Positions 38,951 to 50,432 of a stretch of DNA of 64,000 nt are shown piece after piece. Each line of letters starts with the position of its first letter. Position 1 is the first letter of the stretch. The notes beneath the pieces were generated by a model. The model was not told the DNA's origin. It did no database searches and saw only the letters and a list, made by a program, of their open reading frames with translations. The translations under genes were made by a program, and so were the position numbers. The stretch comes from Actinomycetota bacterium (GTDB taxonomy: Bacteria; Actinomycetota; Acidimicrobiia; Spongiisociales; UBA5794): positions 10,795 through 74,794 of the forward strand of contig JASJXX010000003.1 in the NCBI GenBank assembly GCA_030123765.1, written 5' to 3'.

Positions 38951-39343
38951 GTGCCAACAGAGATCGATGACCTCGTGCAACGTCTGCAGGACATCTCCTC
39001 TCGCCTCGACGCGATGGAGGGGAGCAACCCGGAGAGGCCCGGGCTCCTCGCCGAACGTGCCCGGCTTCGGAGCTGGGCACGCACCCTGGGAGACGCCATG
39101 AGGCACCCTCTCTCCATCGCAACAGAGATCGAAATGCTCGAAAAACGTCTCGACGAGATCGAGTCCACGTTCATCGGCAAGGGCAACGCGGAGAAGTACC
39201 ACAAGAGAGGGTTCGCAGATCCCGGAGCGTACAGCGCGACAATCAACCGCAAGCTGCTCGAGAACCACACCGACGAGATCCAACGAATACGCGAGCGGCT
39301 CGTCACACTCAGAGAGCATGCTTCTGGTGGGGACGAAGGGTGA
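38951..39343 (+). CDS. Hypothetical coiled-coil protein (130 aa)
   Basis: Its stop overlaps the GTG start of the next gene (GTGA). Confidence 0.55.
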   Translation: MPTEIDDLVQRLQDISSRLDAMEGSNPERPGLLAERARLRSWARTLGDAMRHPLSIATEIEMLEKRLDEIESTFIGKGNAEKYHKRGFADPGAYSATINRKLLENHTDEIQRIRERLVTLREHASGGDEG

Positions 39344-40542
39344 CCAAGCGGACACCTCGCATCCACACCCGCGAGGGCCACCCCGACTTCGTCGACCTCG
39401 ACTGGACGAGTCCGATCCGAGAATGGACGTCTGACCGACTCGTCGAGATGCCAGAAGGCCTTCATCGACATGAGATCGTATTCGTCGCCTACGACGAGGG
39501 CGTCTACGCCATCAAGGAGATCCTTCCCCGCCTCGCACGACACGAGTACACCATGCTTCGCACCATGGAGGGGCGCACACGCCACACCGCGACCGCGGTG
39601 GGACACGTCGAGCGCCCCTGGGTCGACGACGACCTCGATTGGGCGGGCGCGGTCATCACGAAGTACGTCAGTCACGCATTCCCCTACCGGCACCTCATCA
39701 GCGGCATCGGATTCGGGGAGCGGCGTGACGCTCTCCTTGATGCCTTCGCTGGCCTGCTCGTCGAGCTCCACCTCAACGGGTTCTTCTGGGGAGACTGCTC
39801 GCTCTCCAACGTACTGTATCGATGGGACGCATCCTCGATCGAAGCCATCATGATCGATGCCGAGACCTCCGAGATCTACGATCGTATCTCCGGCGGGCAG
39901 CGCTGGAATGATCTCGAGATCATGCAGCTCAACGTGGCAGGTGAGATGGGTGACATCGCCGCAGAGCAGGGTGCGAGCCTGGACGAAGCAGACCTCGCCC
40001 TCGGCGAGGAGATCGCTGGCAGATACCGGAGCCTGTGGAAGGAGTTGACGACCTCCCTCGTGGTCACCGCCGGAGACCACTTCCGAATCAGGCAGCGAAT
40101 CGCCCGCTTGCATGGACTCGGATTCGCTGTTGACGACATCGACCTGATACCGGTCGACGGCGGCACGAACGTCAAGATCCGCGTCAAGGTTGGAGGGCGC
40201 CAGTATCACTCGGAACGACTGCGCGAGATCACAGGCATGGACATCTCGGAGAATCAGGCACGCGTCATCCTCTCGGACCTCGCATACCACGATCCGAAGT
40301 TCGGCGGTACCACAGCTACAGGAAAGAATGTTGCTGCGATGAAGTGGCGATCCACTGTCTTCGAGCCGCTGGTTGCCCAGATCGTCGATCTCCTCCCTGG
40401 ACGTGACCCCTATCAGGCGTACTGTGACTACCTCGGATTTCGGCTCGCCATGGCGATCGATCGAGACGCGGACATCCGTAACGACGAGGCCTTCGCCGCG
40501 TGGCGAGATGCGAATTTCCCCGGCCTCAGAGAAGTCGTTTAA
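39340..40542 (+). CDS. DUF4032-family protein (Kdo/RIO-like kinase fold)
   Basis: GDCSLSNVLYRWDASSIEAIMIDAETSEI. The antisense 602-aa ORF opposite it is rejected. Confidence 0.65.
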   Translation: MTKRTPRIHTREGHPDFVDLDWTSPIREWTSDRLVEMPEGLHRHEIVFVAYDEGVYAIKEILPRLARHEYTMLRTMEGRTRHTATAVGHVERPWVDDDLDWAGAVITKYVSHAFPYRHLISGIGFGERRDALLDAFAGLLVELHLNGFFWGDCSLSNVLYRWDASSIEAIMIDAETSEIYDRISGGQRWNDLEIMQLNVAGEMGDIAAEQGASLDEADLALGEEIAGRYRSLWKELTTSLVVTAGDHFRIRQRIARLHGLGFAVDDIDLIPVDGGTNVKIRVKVGGRQYHSERLREITGMDISENQARVILSDLAYHDPKFGGTTATGKNVAAMKWRSTVFEPLVAQIVDLLPGRDPYQAYCDYLGFRLAMAIDRDADIRNDEAFAAWRDANFPGLREVV

Positions 40543-40608
40543 CTCACTTGAGGACTCCGCTCCATTCCACGCTCTTCCATGCCACGACACGTACGGCCAC
40601 TTCCCCCT

Positions 40609-41154
40609 ATGCTGGACGAGATGCACGTACTCGTTGCTACTGCTGGAGCCCTCTCACCAGCTCCGGTCGTCGAATTCGCCAGGCACCTCATCGGGGGCAC
40701 TGGCTCTGTCACCGTCACCACCGTCGTTGAAGTCCCGCGTTCTTTCCTCGAAGGTCTCGAAGCTGACGACTGGCACCCTCTTCATGACCGGACGCCCCCC
40801 AAGTCCGTTGACGGCCTCGTCGAGAAGTATCTCCAGGAACGAGCTCTCCGCATCACCGACCCCCTCCGCCAGGCACTTGAGGCGGCAAGAATCCCTTGTG
40901 AGGTTCGTGTGCTCGAGGGCGCAGATCCCGCGAAAGCGATCTCGAAGGCTGCCGATGAATTCGGCGCTGACGTCGTGATCCTGGGCGCGACGAGGCAGAT
41001 CTTCGACCGCGATGCGTGGGAGAGCGTCTCGGCGCGTGTCATGATCGAGTCGGGACGACCTGTGCTCGTCGTTCCGCAAACCCGCAAAACAGTCGACGAT
41101 GATGCTGACCAGATGCCCTTTCAATCAACCGACGAGTCAACAAGGTCGGCGTAG
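40609..41154 (+). CDS. Universal stress protein
   Basis: HVLVATAG...VVILGATRQ...VLVVP. Confidence 0.65.
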   Translation: MLDEMHVLVATAGALSPAPVVEFARHLIGGTGSVTVTTVVEVPRSFLEGLEADDWHPLHDRTPPKSVDGLVEKYLQERALRITDPLRQALEAARIPCEVRVLEGADPAKAISKAADEFGADVVILGATRQIFDRDAWESVSARVMIESGRPVLVVPQTRKTVDDDADQMPFQSTDESTRSA

Positions 41155-41256
41155 GCATACAACCGTTCGATCTCACACCGAGAGGGAGCCGCGGCGCAAC
41201 CTATCTCTCTCCACCCCCAGCAGGTCCGTCGCCAAGTCGGGCAATAGAGGGAGAAC

Positions 41257-43170
41257 CTAGCGGCCAGCCCGTCGTGGGCCTGCTGACGCATCCTTGAATT
41301 GCGTCTCGAAAAGACGGGCGTACAGCCCGCCCTGCGAGAGCAGGCTCTCGTGCGTTCCTACCTCGAGAACCTGGCCATCGTCGATGACGACGATCTTGTC
41401 CGCTTTGAGCACGGTCGACAAGCGGTGAGCGATGATGAGTGACGTGCGGCTCTCCATGATTCGTTCCAGGGCACTCTGAACCAGCGCCTCAGATCTCGCG
41501 TCCAGGTGTGAAGTCGCCTCATCGAGGATCAGGATCGATGGGTTCTTGAGAACCACCCTGGCAATCGCGATACGTTGTTTCTCCCCCCCAGAGAGGCGAT
41601 AGCCTCGTTCACCGACCCGTGTCCGCATCCCCTCGGGAAGCCCGTCTATGAAGTCGATGATATTGGCTACTTCGGCAGCAGATCGCAGCTCCTCCTCTGT
41701 GGCGTGCGGCTTTGCATATCGCAAGTTCGCCTCGATCGTGTCGTGGAAGAGATACGTCTCCTGTGTTACCACACCCACGATGTGCGCGAGGTCCGACGAT
41801 GCAATCTGGCGTACATCGATCCCGTCTATCAGAACGCGGCCGCGTGTCACGTCATACAGCCTCGGGACCAGATACGTAGATGTGGTCTTTCCCGCTCCCG
41901 ACGGACCGACCAGAGCGACCATCTCGCCGGGGGCGACGGTGAACGACACACCTCGCAGTGCCCAATCGTCCGTTCGTTGCCGAAGCGCACTGTCGTCTAC
42001 CTGCCCGGTGTCTCTCCAGCCGAAGCGGCGGACAGATTCCAGCCCTGTGGGCGTATCAGACTCATAGTTGAACCACACATCGTCGAACTCGATGTGCCCC
42101 TTCGCCTCTCCGATCTTCACCGGGTTCACAGCCTCCTGTACGTCCACTGGCATGTCCAACAGCTCGAATACTCGCTCGAAGGAGACCATGGAGGTGGTGA
42201 ACTCGACTCGCGCGTTCGCAAGTGACGACAATGGACCGTACAGAAAGGCGAGGTAGGCGCTCAACGCGACGATGGTCCCGATCGAGAGAGCGCCCCTGAT
42301 CACGAAAACGGCACCTAACCAGAACGTCGCTGCGGTGCCGAGCGCTGACACGAGTCCGAGTGCCATGAAGAACCAGCGCCCGACCGTGGCCTGACGGACA
42401 CCGAGGTCGCGAACCTGGACGGCGTGCTCAGCGAACCTGTCGTGCTCAAAGTCAGAGCGGCCGAAGAGCTTCACGAGCAGGGCGCCCGAGACCGAGAGCG
42501 TCTCCTGCATCACCGAGTTCATCTCGGCGTTCGCTGCCATCTGCTCTCGACGTATCACGCGGAGCCTCTTGCCGACCTGACGCGATGCAATGATGAAGAG
42601 GGGGAGGATCGATACAGCGAGCAGAGTAAGGCGCCACTCGAGCCGGATCATGATGAAGAGCGTTGCTGCGACGGTGACGGTGTTGGCGACCAGCGACACG
42701 AACGTGGAGGTGACAGCCTGCTGAGCGCCGATCACGTCAGAGTTGAGACGAGACATGAGTTCGCCCGTCTTCGTGTTCGTGAAGAAGCCGAGTGACATCT
42801 GTTGGAGGTGATCGAACAACTCCCGCCTGAGGTCATAGATGATCCCCTCCCCCATCTTCGCCGTCGCCCTGCGCTGAACGACTCCAACGACACCGTTGAC
42901 GAGTGGAACGACCACCATGCCGAAGCCGAGGAGAGTGACGAAACCCATATCCGCGTCCGGGATGGCCGTGTCGATGAGCGAGCGCATCAGGAGCGGCGGC
43001 ACAAGGGTGAGGAGCGAGATGACGACGATGGTGGCGAACACGACCACGACGTGGCTCTTATACGGCCTCGCGTAGGACAGGACGCGCTTCAGGAGTGTCC
43101 GATCGATCTCAGGCGGAGTCTGCTCATCGTCGTGGCGCATGAACGCGCCCCAGGAGCTGTCGTGCATCAT
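41257..43170 (-). CDS. ABC transporter, fused permease/ATP-binding exporter
   Basis: Six TMs plus GPSGAGKTT, LSGGEKQRIAIARV, ILILDEATS. Confidence 0.9.
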   Translation of the reverse strand: MMHDSSWGAFMRHDDEQTPPEIDRTLLKRVLSYARPYKSHVVVVFATIVVISLLTLVPPLLMRSLIDTAIPDADMGFVTLLGFGMVVVPLVNGVVGVVQRRATAKMGEGIIYDLRRELFDHLQQMSLGFFTNTKTGELMSRLNSDVIGAQQAVTSTFVSLVANTVTVAATLFIMIRLEWRLTLLAVSILPLFIIASRQVGKRLRVIRREQMAANAEMNSVMQETLSVSGALLVKLFGRSDFEHDRFAEHAVQVRDLGVRQATVGRWFFMALGLVSALGTAATFWLGAVFVIRGALSIGTIVALSAYLAFLYGPLSSLANARVEFTTSMVSFERVFELLDMPVDVQEAVNPVKIGEAKGHIEFDDVWFNYESDTPTGLESVRRFGWRDTGQVDDSALRQRTDDWALRGVSFTVAPGEMVALVGPSGAGKTTSTYLVPRLYDVTRGRVLIDGIDVRQIASSDLAHIVGVVTQETYLFHDTIEANLRYAKPHATEEELRSAAEVANIIDFIDGLPEGMRTRVGERGYRLSGGEKQRIAIARVVLKNPSILILDEATSHLDARSEALVQSALERIMESRTSLIIAHRLSTVLKADKIVVIDDGQVLEVGTHESLLSQGGLYARLFETQFKDASAGPRRAGR

Positions 43171-43874
43171 GGGAGTAGGCCGGCGAGAGTGATCGCCGAG
43201 TCCGCGACGTCGGCGCAGAGCTCCTCAGAGATGTCCGACCGGCAGAACAACTCGTACCTGTGTCCCGCTTCGGTCCAGCCGAGGCTGATGCCATCGGGGA
43301 CGATGATCGGAACGACCTGCGACCTCGACTGAACAAGATCTGTCGCGACCCTCCCGACGCGGAGCACAGCGAGGCGTGCCCTCTCCGACTGATACGGCTC
43401 CGCGGTCCAGAAGCCGAAAGCCGCGCTGATGTCGGGGTCCAGAGTCCCCGTGGAGAGGTCGAAGACGAGCTGACTCGTCACCCACTCCACCGTCTCAGGC
43501 ACGAGATCGGGGAACTTGATCGCGGGCAGCGCCTGAGCGATCTCCGCTCTTGAAGCCTGCACGAATCTGCTGCTGAGCTGGCGCTCCCACACGCCACGGA
43601 TGACCTCGTCCGATGTCCCGACGACCTCGCCGGGGATGCCGTCATTGAACCACTGCACTTCGACAGCTCGAACGAGTCCTTCGTCTCCTCTTCCGGCGAG
43701 CACCGCAACGATGGCCGTCGTCGTCGTAGCGTCACCCTGCACATAGGCACGTGTACGGTCCCCCACCCCGTCAAGGAGGCCGGCTTCGCCACAGCTGGCA
43801 AGCATCGCCGCGAGCGCCAGGATGAGGATCACAGATCGTTTCACGCTCCCAAGGATGGCACGGATTCTCGACAA
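43167..43874 (-). CDS. Hypothetical lipoprotein
   Basis: LILALAAMLASCG lipobox. Confidence 0.55.
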   Translation of the reverse strand: MSRIRAILGSVKRSVILILALAAMLASCGEAGLLDGVGDRTRAYVQGDATTTTAIVAVLAGRGDEGLVRAVEVQWFNDGIPGEVVGTSDEVIRGVWERQLSSRFVQASRAEIAQALPAIKFPDLVPETVEWVTSQLVFDLSTGTLDPDISAAFGFWTAEPYQSERARLAVLRVGRVATDLVQSRSQVVPIIVPDGISLGWTEAGHRYELFCRSDISEELCADVADSAITLAGLLP

Positions 43875-43901
43875 CCGACACCACCCCTAGCCTCAGCTCC
43901 T

Positions 43902-44663
43902 ATGGCCGACTCCCCCATGAACCTCATTTCAGGCCACCTCACCGGTGACGCGCCACTCGACACAGCCGTGTCACGAGCGATTCTCGAGCAGGTCTCAAGC
44001 GGGACGCTTCCCGAGACGCTCCAGGTCGGGCTGCCGCACAAGGTAGTCGCATTCTCCAGACGCGATGCGTTGACCGCCGGATTCCACGAGGCGGTCGCGA
44101 TAGCCGTCGACCTCGGCTTCGAAGCCACGATCCGTAACGCAGGGGGGAGGGCTGTCGTCTTCCACCCCGGAACGGTGCGGTTCCAGTGGACCGTCCCTGC
44201 CAACGATCCCATTCAGGAGATGCATACACGTTTCGCCACGATCGCCGACCACGTCGTCGTGGCACTGGAATCATTCGGGGTGGTCGCGTCCGTTGGCCGA
44301 CTTGAGGGGGAGTACTGCCCCGGCGAGTACAGCGTGCACGTTCTCCAGTCGCGCAAGGTCATGGGCACAGGACAACGCCTGGCACGTCGCGCCGCTCAGG
44401 TCGGAGGGATGATCGTTGTGAAGGGCCGCGACACGATCAACGCCGTCCTCGAACCTGTGTACGGCGCTCTCGACCTTCATATGGATCCCGCCGTGACCGG
44501 CTCCATCGCCGACATTGCCGACATCGACCCTTCCGAAGTTGCGTCGCGCTTCGCCGAGCAGGTTACCGGTGATCGCGGATCGGTAACGACCGATCTCGAT
44601 GCCCCCACGCTGGCGATCGCATGGCAGCATCGATCTGAACATGACCCGTCAGCATTTGCTTGA
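43902..44663 (+). CDS. Lipoate-protein ligase/octanoyltransferase-family (BPL/LPL catalytic domain) protein
   Basis: Overall fold similarity (GGRAVVFHPG...). Confidence 0.5.
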   Translation: MADSPMNLISGHLTGDAPLDTAVSRAILEQVSSGTLPETLQVGLPHKVVAFSRRDALTAGFHEAVAIAVDLGFEATIRNAGGRAVVFHPGTVRFQWTVPANDPIQEMHTRFATIADHVVVALESFGVVASVGRLEGEYCPGEYSVHVLQSRKVMGTGQRLARRAAQVGGMIVVKGRDTINAVLEPVYGALDLHMDPAVTGSIADIADIDPSEVASRFAEQVTGDRGSVTTDLDAPTLAIAWQHRSEHDPSAFA

Positions 44664-44690
44664 CCAGCCGAAACCATCAAGACTGATCCG

Positions 44691-45830
44691 ATGCGCATAC
44701 TCATCGTCAACGGCCCGAATCTGCACCTGCTCGGCACGCGCGAGCCGGCGATATACGGGACACTCTCCTTAGCTGATCTCGAGAGCCATTGGCGGGAGCG
44801 AGGCACGCTGCTCGATATCGCGATCGAGACGTTCCAGTCGAACCACGAAGGCGCGATCATTGATGTCATCGGCGCGGCCGCTAACCGCTTCGACGCCTTG
44901 ATCCTCAACGCGGGTGCCCTCACCCATTACTCGTATGCCATCCGAGACGCCGTCGCCACCCTTGGAGTTCCGAGCGTTGAAGTGCACATCTCCAACATTT
45001 ATGAACGAGAGACGTGGCGACGTCACTCAGTCCTCTCGGAAGTGTGCCAGCTCACGATCGTCGGTCGTGGAACCGATGGCTACCTCCACGCGTTACACCA
45101 CCTCCACGCAAGTATCACGTCACCACCGCTCGTCGCCTCGTACGGAGCGCAGGATCACTCGACACTTGACCTGCGCACTCCTCCGGGGCCCGGCCCGCAC
45201 CCCGTGGCCCTACTCATCCACGGCGGTTTCTGGCGTGCAATCTGGAAACGAGACCTCATGGATCCGATGGCCATCGACCTCATCGGGCGAGGCTGGGCGA
45301 CCGCGAACGTTGAGTACGCTCGGGGCGCTGGCTCGTACGCGGAAGCGGTCGGCGACATCGAGTCTGCACTCCGATGGATCCAGGCGAACGCGCACGCCCA
45401 CGGACTCGACCAGGACCGTGTCGTCGCGATCGGACACTCGGCGGGGGGGTATCTGGCACTCCGCCTCGCACACGCAGGTTCCGGGATCTCAGGTGCCCTC
45501 CCCCTCGCCGCGGTCTCGGACCTCGTCGCCATGTCACGGAAGCGCCCCGATGACGATCCCGTTGCGGTGTTCCTCGGGGTGACGCAACGCGACGCGCCCC
45601 GTCTCTGGGATCAGGCAAGGCTCGCGGGAGAACCGACCGTGCCACTCCACCTCCTCCACGGTCTGCAGGACGACACTGTCGATCCTGCGCAATCCGAGAC
45701 TTATGTGCGTCGCGTTCGCGCCGACGCATCGATCACGATGGTCGACGCGTGTGGACACATGGATCTCATCGATCCCCACGCGACTGCCTGGCGGTCCGTC
45801 ACCACAGCCCTTGAAGGCCTCAGCTCCTAG
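44691..45830 (+). CDS. aroQ: Type II 3-dehydroquinate dehydratase fused to an alpha/beta-hydrolase (esterase) domain
   Basis: [23 protein letters not shown]...QSNHEG...HISNIYERE, then HGGFW and GHSAGG. Confidence 0.75.
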   Translation: MRILIVNGPNLHLLGTREPAIYGTLSLADLESHWRERGTLLDIAIETFQSNHEGAIIDVIGAAANRFDALILNAGALTHYSYAIRDAVATLGVPSVEVHISNIYERETWRRHSVLSEVCQLTIVGRGTDGYLHALHHLHASITSPPLVASYGAQDHSTLDLRTPPGPGPHPVALLIHGGFWRAIWKRDLMDPMAIDLIGRGWATANVEYARGAGSYAEAVGDIESALRWIQANAHAHGLDQDRVVAIGHSAGGYLALRLAHAGSGISGALPLAAVSDLVAMSRKRPDDDPVAVFLGVTQRDAPRLWDQARLAGEPTVPLHLLHGLQDDTVDPAQSETYVRRVRADASITMVDACGHMDLIDPHATAWRSVTTALEGLSS

Positions 45831-47025
45831 CGACGAGGTCGGCGATCCTTGCCAACCCTTCTTCGAGATCCGCGTCGGAGAGGGCGAACGACAGGCGCGC
45901 GTAACCTGGCGCTCCGAACGCCTCACCGGGAACGATCGCCACGTTCACTTCGTCGAGGAGCAGCGTCGCGAGCTCCATCGTCGACGAGGCACTCCTCCCG
46001 CCGAGCGGTCGATCCAAGAGTCCCCTCAGATTCGGGAATGCGTAGAACGCTCCCTGAGGTTCAGCGCACGTCACTCCGTCGATCGCCCGAAGCATCTCCA
46101 CCATTCTTCGACGGCGGACGTCGAAGGCTGCTCGCATCATCTCGGTAGCTTCGAGGGAGCCGGTAACCGCTTCGAGACCGGCCGCCTGGGATACGTTGCT
46201 GACGTTCGACGACAGATGCGACTGGATGCGGGTGGCACCTTCGGCAACATGTTGCGGTGCGATCATCCAGCCGAGCCGCCATCCCGTCATCGCGTACGTC
46301 TTCGCCACACCGTTCACGACGACGCATCTGTCAGCCATCTCGGGAACCACGACCGGCATCGAGTGAAATTCAGCAGCTCCGTACACGAGATGTTCGTAGA
46401 TCTCATCGGTCATGACCCAGATCCCCCTGGAGGCTGCCCACTCACCGACGGCTCGGATCTGGTCCTCGGTATATACAGCACCTGTCGGGTTCGACGGACT
46501 CACGAAGATGAGCATCTTCGTCCGTTCCGTCACCACCTCGTCGAGCTGTTCGATGGTGACGGTGAAGCGGGAAGACTCGTCCGTCGGGATGATCACAGGA
46601 ACGCCGCCCGCAAGAGCGATGGCCTCCGGGTAGGTGACCCAGTACGGCGCAGGCAGGACGACTTCGTCGCCAGGGTCGAGCAGAACCTGGCAGGTCTGGT
46701 AAACCGCATGCTTGCCGCCGTTGGTTACCACAACCTGGGCAGTGTCAACGTCGTACCCGGAGTCACGCTTCGTCTTTGCGGCAATGGCTTCCCGCAGCAG
46801 CGGGAGACCCGCGGCGGGGGTGTAACGATGAAGTTTCGGATCCCGCGCTGCTTGCACGGCGGCTTCGACAATGGGTGAAGGCGTCGGAAAGTCGGGTTCT
46901 CCTGCACCGAATCCGATCACGGGACGCCCCTCGGCGCGAAGCTGATTCGCTCTCGCCGTTATCGCCAGGGTGGCAGATGGACTGACCGCGAGCGCCCGCT
47001 TCGAGATGGATCGGGTATTCGTCAT
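45820..47025 (-). CDS. Class-I PLP aminotransferase (aspartate/prephenate-type)
   Basis: [10 protein letters not shown]; catalytic-Lys region. Confidence 0.85.
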   Translation of the reverse strand: MTNTRSISKRALAVSPSATLAITARANQLRAEGRPVIGFGAGEPDFPTPSPIVEAAVQAARDPKLHRYTPAAGLPLLREAIAAKTKRDSGYDVDTAQVVVTNGGKHAVYQTCQVLLDPGDEVVLPAPYWVTYPEAIALAGGVPVIIPTDESSRFTVTIEQLDEVVTERTKMLIFVSPSNPTGAVYTEDQIRAVGEWAASRGIWVMTDEIYEHLVYGAAEFHSMPVVVPEMADRCVVVNGVAKTYAMTGWRLGWMIAPQHVAEGATRIQSHLSSNVSNVSQAAGLEAVTGSLEATEMMRAAFDVRRRRMVEMLRAIDGVTCAEPQGAFYAFPNLRGLLDRPLGGRSASSTMELATLLLDEVNVAIVPGEAFGAPGYARLSFALSDADLEEGLARIADLVARS

Positions 47026-47069
47026 CAGGGGTAGTCTCCGTAGCCGTCGTCAATGGGCAGACAATAGAC

Positions 47070-48185
47070 ATGACTGAGATACCCGAGATCACGATACCTT
47101 CGAGCCTTCTCCCTGCGGACGGGCGCTTCGGCTCCGGACCTGGCCGCGTGCAGACCACCTTCGTCGACGATCTCGCTGCCACAGGCACAAGCTACATGGG
47201 TACGAGCCATCGCAGGCCTGCGGTGAGAGATGTCGTTGCGGAGATCCAATCGGGACTCGTGGAGATGTACGACCTCCCCGACGGATACGAGATCGTCCTC
47301 GGAGTCGGTGGCGCAACCGCATTCTGGGATGCCGCGACCTTCGGATTGATCGCGCGCCGCTCCGCCCACTTCGTCTGCGGCGAGTTCTCCCGAAAGTTCG
47401 CCGATGCGGCGGCGAAGACGCCACACCTCGATGACCCCATTGTTGTGGCGGCGGAGTACGGAGGCGCTCCCGAACCAGAAGAGGTACCGGGCGTCGACAC
47501 CGCTTCCTTCATACACAATGAGACGTCTACGGGGGTGCTCGCACCCTTCGCCCGTCTCGGCAGCGCTCTCGTCGCGATCGACGGAACGTCAGCTGCGGGC
47601 GCTATCGCCTACGATGTCGAAGCCGCAGACGCTTACTACTTCTCACCGCAGAAGGCTCTCGGTTCTGAGGGCGGACTCTGGATCGTGATGCTCTCTCCTC
47701 TCGCTGTCGATCGAATCGAGTCGATCGCGGCTTCCGATCGCTGGATTCCGCCCTCCCTGTCACTCAAGACTGCCCTCGACAACGCCAGGCTGCACCAGAC
47801 CTACAACACTCCCGCCCTGACAACGCTCTACCTCCTTGCCCGACAGATCCGGTTCGTCAACACGATGGGCGGCATCGAGTGGGCGGACGGAACTACGCGC
47901 AGGTCCTCGGCTCACCTCTATCGGTGGGCGGAGTCGAGCACTTTCGCTCAACCGTTCGTCGTGAACGCCGCTCTGAGATCGCCGACAGTCGCAACGATCG
48001 ACTTTGTGTCGGGGACCCCGGCCGACCGCGTATCCAGTGTGCTGCGCTCCAACGGCATCGTCGATACCGAGCCCTACAGGAAACTAGGAAGGAACCAGTT
48101 GCGCATCGCTACGTTCCCGAACATCGATCTTGAGGATGTCGAAGCTCTCACGGCGAGCATCGACTACGTCGTCCAACGGCTGTGA
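47070..48185 (+). CDS. serC: Phosphoserine aminotransferase (actinobacterial type)
   Basis: Family similarity across the whole length. Confidence 0.75.
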   Translation: MTEIPEITIPSSLLPADGRFGSGPGRVQTTFVDDLAATGTSYMGTSHRRPAVRDVVAEIQSGLVEMYDLPDGYEIVLGVGGATAFWDAATFGLIARRSAHFVCGEFSRKFADAAAKTPHLDDPIVVAAEYGGAPEPEEVPGVDTASFIHNETSTGVLAPFARLGSALVAIDGTSAAGAIAYDVEAADAYYFSPQKALGSEGGLWIVMLSPLAVDRIESIAASDRWIPPSLSLKTALDNARLHQTYNTPALTTLYLLARQIRFVNTMGGIEWADGTTRRSSAHLYRWAESSTFAQPFVVNAALRSPTVATIDFVSGTPADRVSSVLRSNGIVDTEPYRKLGRNQLRIATFPNIDLEDVEALTASIDYVVQRL

Positions 48186-48256
48186 TCCCGCGCGCTCCGC
48201 CGTCGACCCCCTGATCCTGACGAAGTGTCGCGACTCCGGACAGCTACGCTTCCTCC

Positions 48257-48754
48257 ATGCCGATCCTCATGCTCATGCGCCACGCAAAGTCTGACTGGGA
48301 TGCGGGAGCATCTGATGACCACAGTCGGCCCCTCGCCCCGCGGGGTATCCGCGCCGCGCAGCAGATGGGCGAGGCCGTCAGCGAACTCGGCATCGTCCCC
48401 GACCTCGTCGTGTCCTCAACCGCGAATCGTGCTCGGTCCACGGCAGAGGTTGCGAGGATCACAGGTGGCTGGAGCTGCAGGCTCGTGCTCGACGATGCGC
48501 TCTACGGCGGGTCTGTGGCTGAGACGATCGCGTGCGCGGTCCACCACTCCGGCGATCGTGAACGGATCATGCTCGTGGGACACCAACCGACCTGGTCGAT
48601 GACGGTGGAATTCATCACCGGAGAGCACGTCGCCATGCGAACAGCGGCCATCGCCGACATCGAACTCCAGATCGATGACTGGAGCCAGATCGCACGCGAG
48701 TCCGGAACGCTGGTTGCGCTCCTCCAACCACGTCGCATCGTGGACCAGCCGTAG
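48257..48754 (+). CDS. sixA: Phosphohistidine phosphatase SixA-family
   Basis: [15 protein letters not shown] motif. Confidence 0.8.
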   Translation: MPILMLMRHAKSDWDAGASDDHSRPLAPRGIRAAQQMGEAVSELGIVPDLVVSSTANRARSTAEVARITGGWSCRLVLDDALYGGSVAETIACAVHHSGDRERIMLVGHQPTWSMTVEFITGEHVAMRTAAIADIELQIDDWSQIARESGTLVALLQPRRIVDQP

Positions 48755-48807
48755 CCCACGGTGCACAGACCTGCTGGAATCGATCCTGCACCGATCGAAA
48801 GGCTCCC

Positions 48808-49839
48808 ATGATCGACCTCCGTAGCGACACCGTCACCCGGCCAAGCCAGGCAATGCGGAAAGCCATTGCTGAAGCTGCCGTCGGCGACGATGTCTACCAC
48901 GACGATCCGACGGTGAACGAGCTCGAACGAACGGTCGCCGACCTGCTCGGTAAGGAAGACGCCGTATTCGTTGCGACGGGCACCATGTCGAACCAGATCG
49001 CGCTGCGCGTCCACACCGAACCTGGTGACACCGTCATCGTGCACGCTGCCGCCCACATCCGACGCCACGAGCTCGGTGGTGCAGCGCACAACTCCGGCGT
49101 GACTCTGGAGCCGATCGACGGGCCATACGGAGCGTTCACTGCAGAGCAACTGACCGAAGCGATCCCAGAACCTCATCCTGCCCTTCCGAGCCACCTCTTC
49201 GACCCGGTGACCCTCGTCTGCCTCGAGAACACCCACAACGACGCCGGTGGCACTATCTGGGACATCGGGGAGATGCAAAGAGTGCTCGACGCCGCGTCCT
49301 CCCTGGGACTCAAAAAGCATCTCGACGGCGCCCGCCTGTGGAATGCTACGGCAGCGACCGGCATCGCTCCGGACGTGTACGCGTCGGGATTCGACACCGT
49401 GAACGTCTGTTTCTCGAAGGGTCTTGGTGCTCCCGTCGGTTCTGCGCTCGCCGGATCGAGAGAAGACATTGCGAGGGCACGAAGGTTCAAGCAGATCTTC
49501 GGCGGCGGATTCCGCCAGGCGGGCCTTCTCGCCGCGGGGGCACTGTATGGACTCGAACACCACTTCGAGAGACTCGCTCAGGACCACGCCAACGCCTATC
49601 AGTTCGCGGTAGCGATCGCCGACTCCCGGGGAGTGACCGTCGATCTCGATTCGGTACAGACAAACATCGTCTACTTCGCTACCCCTCACGCGGGGGCTCT
49701 CGTCGACGCGTGCCACGAAGCCGGTGTCGCGATGCTCGCGCTCGGTCCGACGACCGTCAGAGCAGTCTTCCACCTCGACGTGTCAGCCGGGGAGGCCCGG
49801 AGAGCAGCAGAGCATGTGCAGAGGTTCGCGTCCGCCTGA
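48808..49839 (+). CDS. ltaE: Low-specificity L-threonine aldolase
   Basis: [13 protein letters not shown]... GTMSNQIA. Confidence 0.85.
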   Translation: MIDLRSDTVTRPSQAMRKAIAEAAVGDDVYHDDPTVNELERTVADLLGKEDAVFVATGTMSNQIALRVHTEPGDTVIVHAAAHIRRHELGGAAHNSGVTLEPIDGPYGAFTAEQLTEAIPEPHPALPSHLFDPVTLVCLENTHNDAGGTIWDIGEMQRVLDAASSLGLKKHLDGARLWNATAATGIAPDVYASGFDTVNVCFSKGLGAPVGSALAGSREDIARARRFKQIFGGGFRQAGLLAAGALYGLEHHFERLAQDHANAYQFAVAIADSRGVTVDLDSVQTNIVYFATPHAGALVDACHEAGVAMLALGPTTVRAVFHLDVSAGEARRAAEHVQRFASA

Positions 49840-49871
49840 ACTCTCCCCTCCCGGCGCCTCTGGTACCTGTG

Positions 49872-50332
49872 TCACACCATCGTTAGGACTGCGGCCAGCG
49901 CTCCGATGACCACAGTGGAGAGACCTACGATGCTGATATACACGCCTTTGGAGAGGATGTCACCGTCGCCCATCTCGTGTTCCGGCTGTGTGTGCACGGC
50001 GATCTCGTCGAGCGCGGCGTCGAAGTCATACTTCGGCTTCTCGACCTCGTCCTCAGGTTCGGGACGCGGTTCAGCTACATACGGAACATCAAGAGCCTCA
50101 GCGAACGTAGCAGGTGACGACGGGGTGAACAGCAGCTCCTCACCACCGAGATTCATGAGGAAAGAGCCCCTCCCCGTCGGAGACGCACCGCACTGGTCCC
50201 GGCCCCAAGATCCGATCTCGCTCTCACCGATGACGAGGCGAACGAAGTCTTCGTCTATCTCGAATAATGCGTGATGTCCGTCGCCTGTCTCTCCGGGCAA
50301 CAGCACCTCACCGGCGAATCTTGGGCTCATCC
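49872..50332 (-). CDS. Hypothetical tail-anchored membrane protein directly downstream of dnaE2
   Basis: ATG at 50332 with a GGAGGT RBS; C-terminal TM VYISIVGLSTVVIGALAAVLTMV. Confidence 0.5.
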
Positions 50333-50432
50333 TTACCTCCGCTCTTGTCACTCTCTCTCTTATCGGCTGTTGAGGCGGTGCGGTGAAGCGATCGGTCCGG
50401 AATGATGCGCTCGACCCGTGACTAGGCACCAC

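Noticed and set aside
38818-40626. 602-aa ORF on the minus strand
   Set aside because: It is an antisense shadow of the coiled-coil and DUF4032 genes, which are common in high-GC DNA. Its translation has no domain signatures, whereas the plus-strand proteins have clear family motifs and a coupled stop/start.
49385-49400. GTGAACgtctGTTTCT, resembling lexA box 1
   Set aside because: It is inside the ltaE coding sequence and its second half-site is degenerate. Probably chance.
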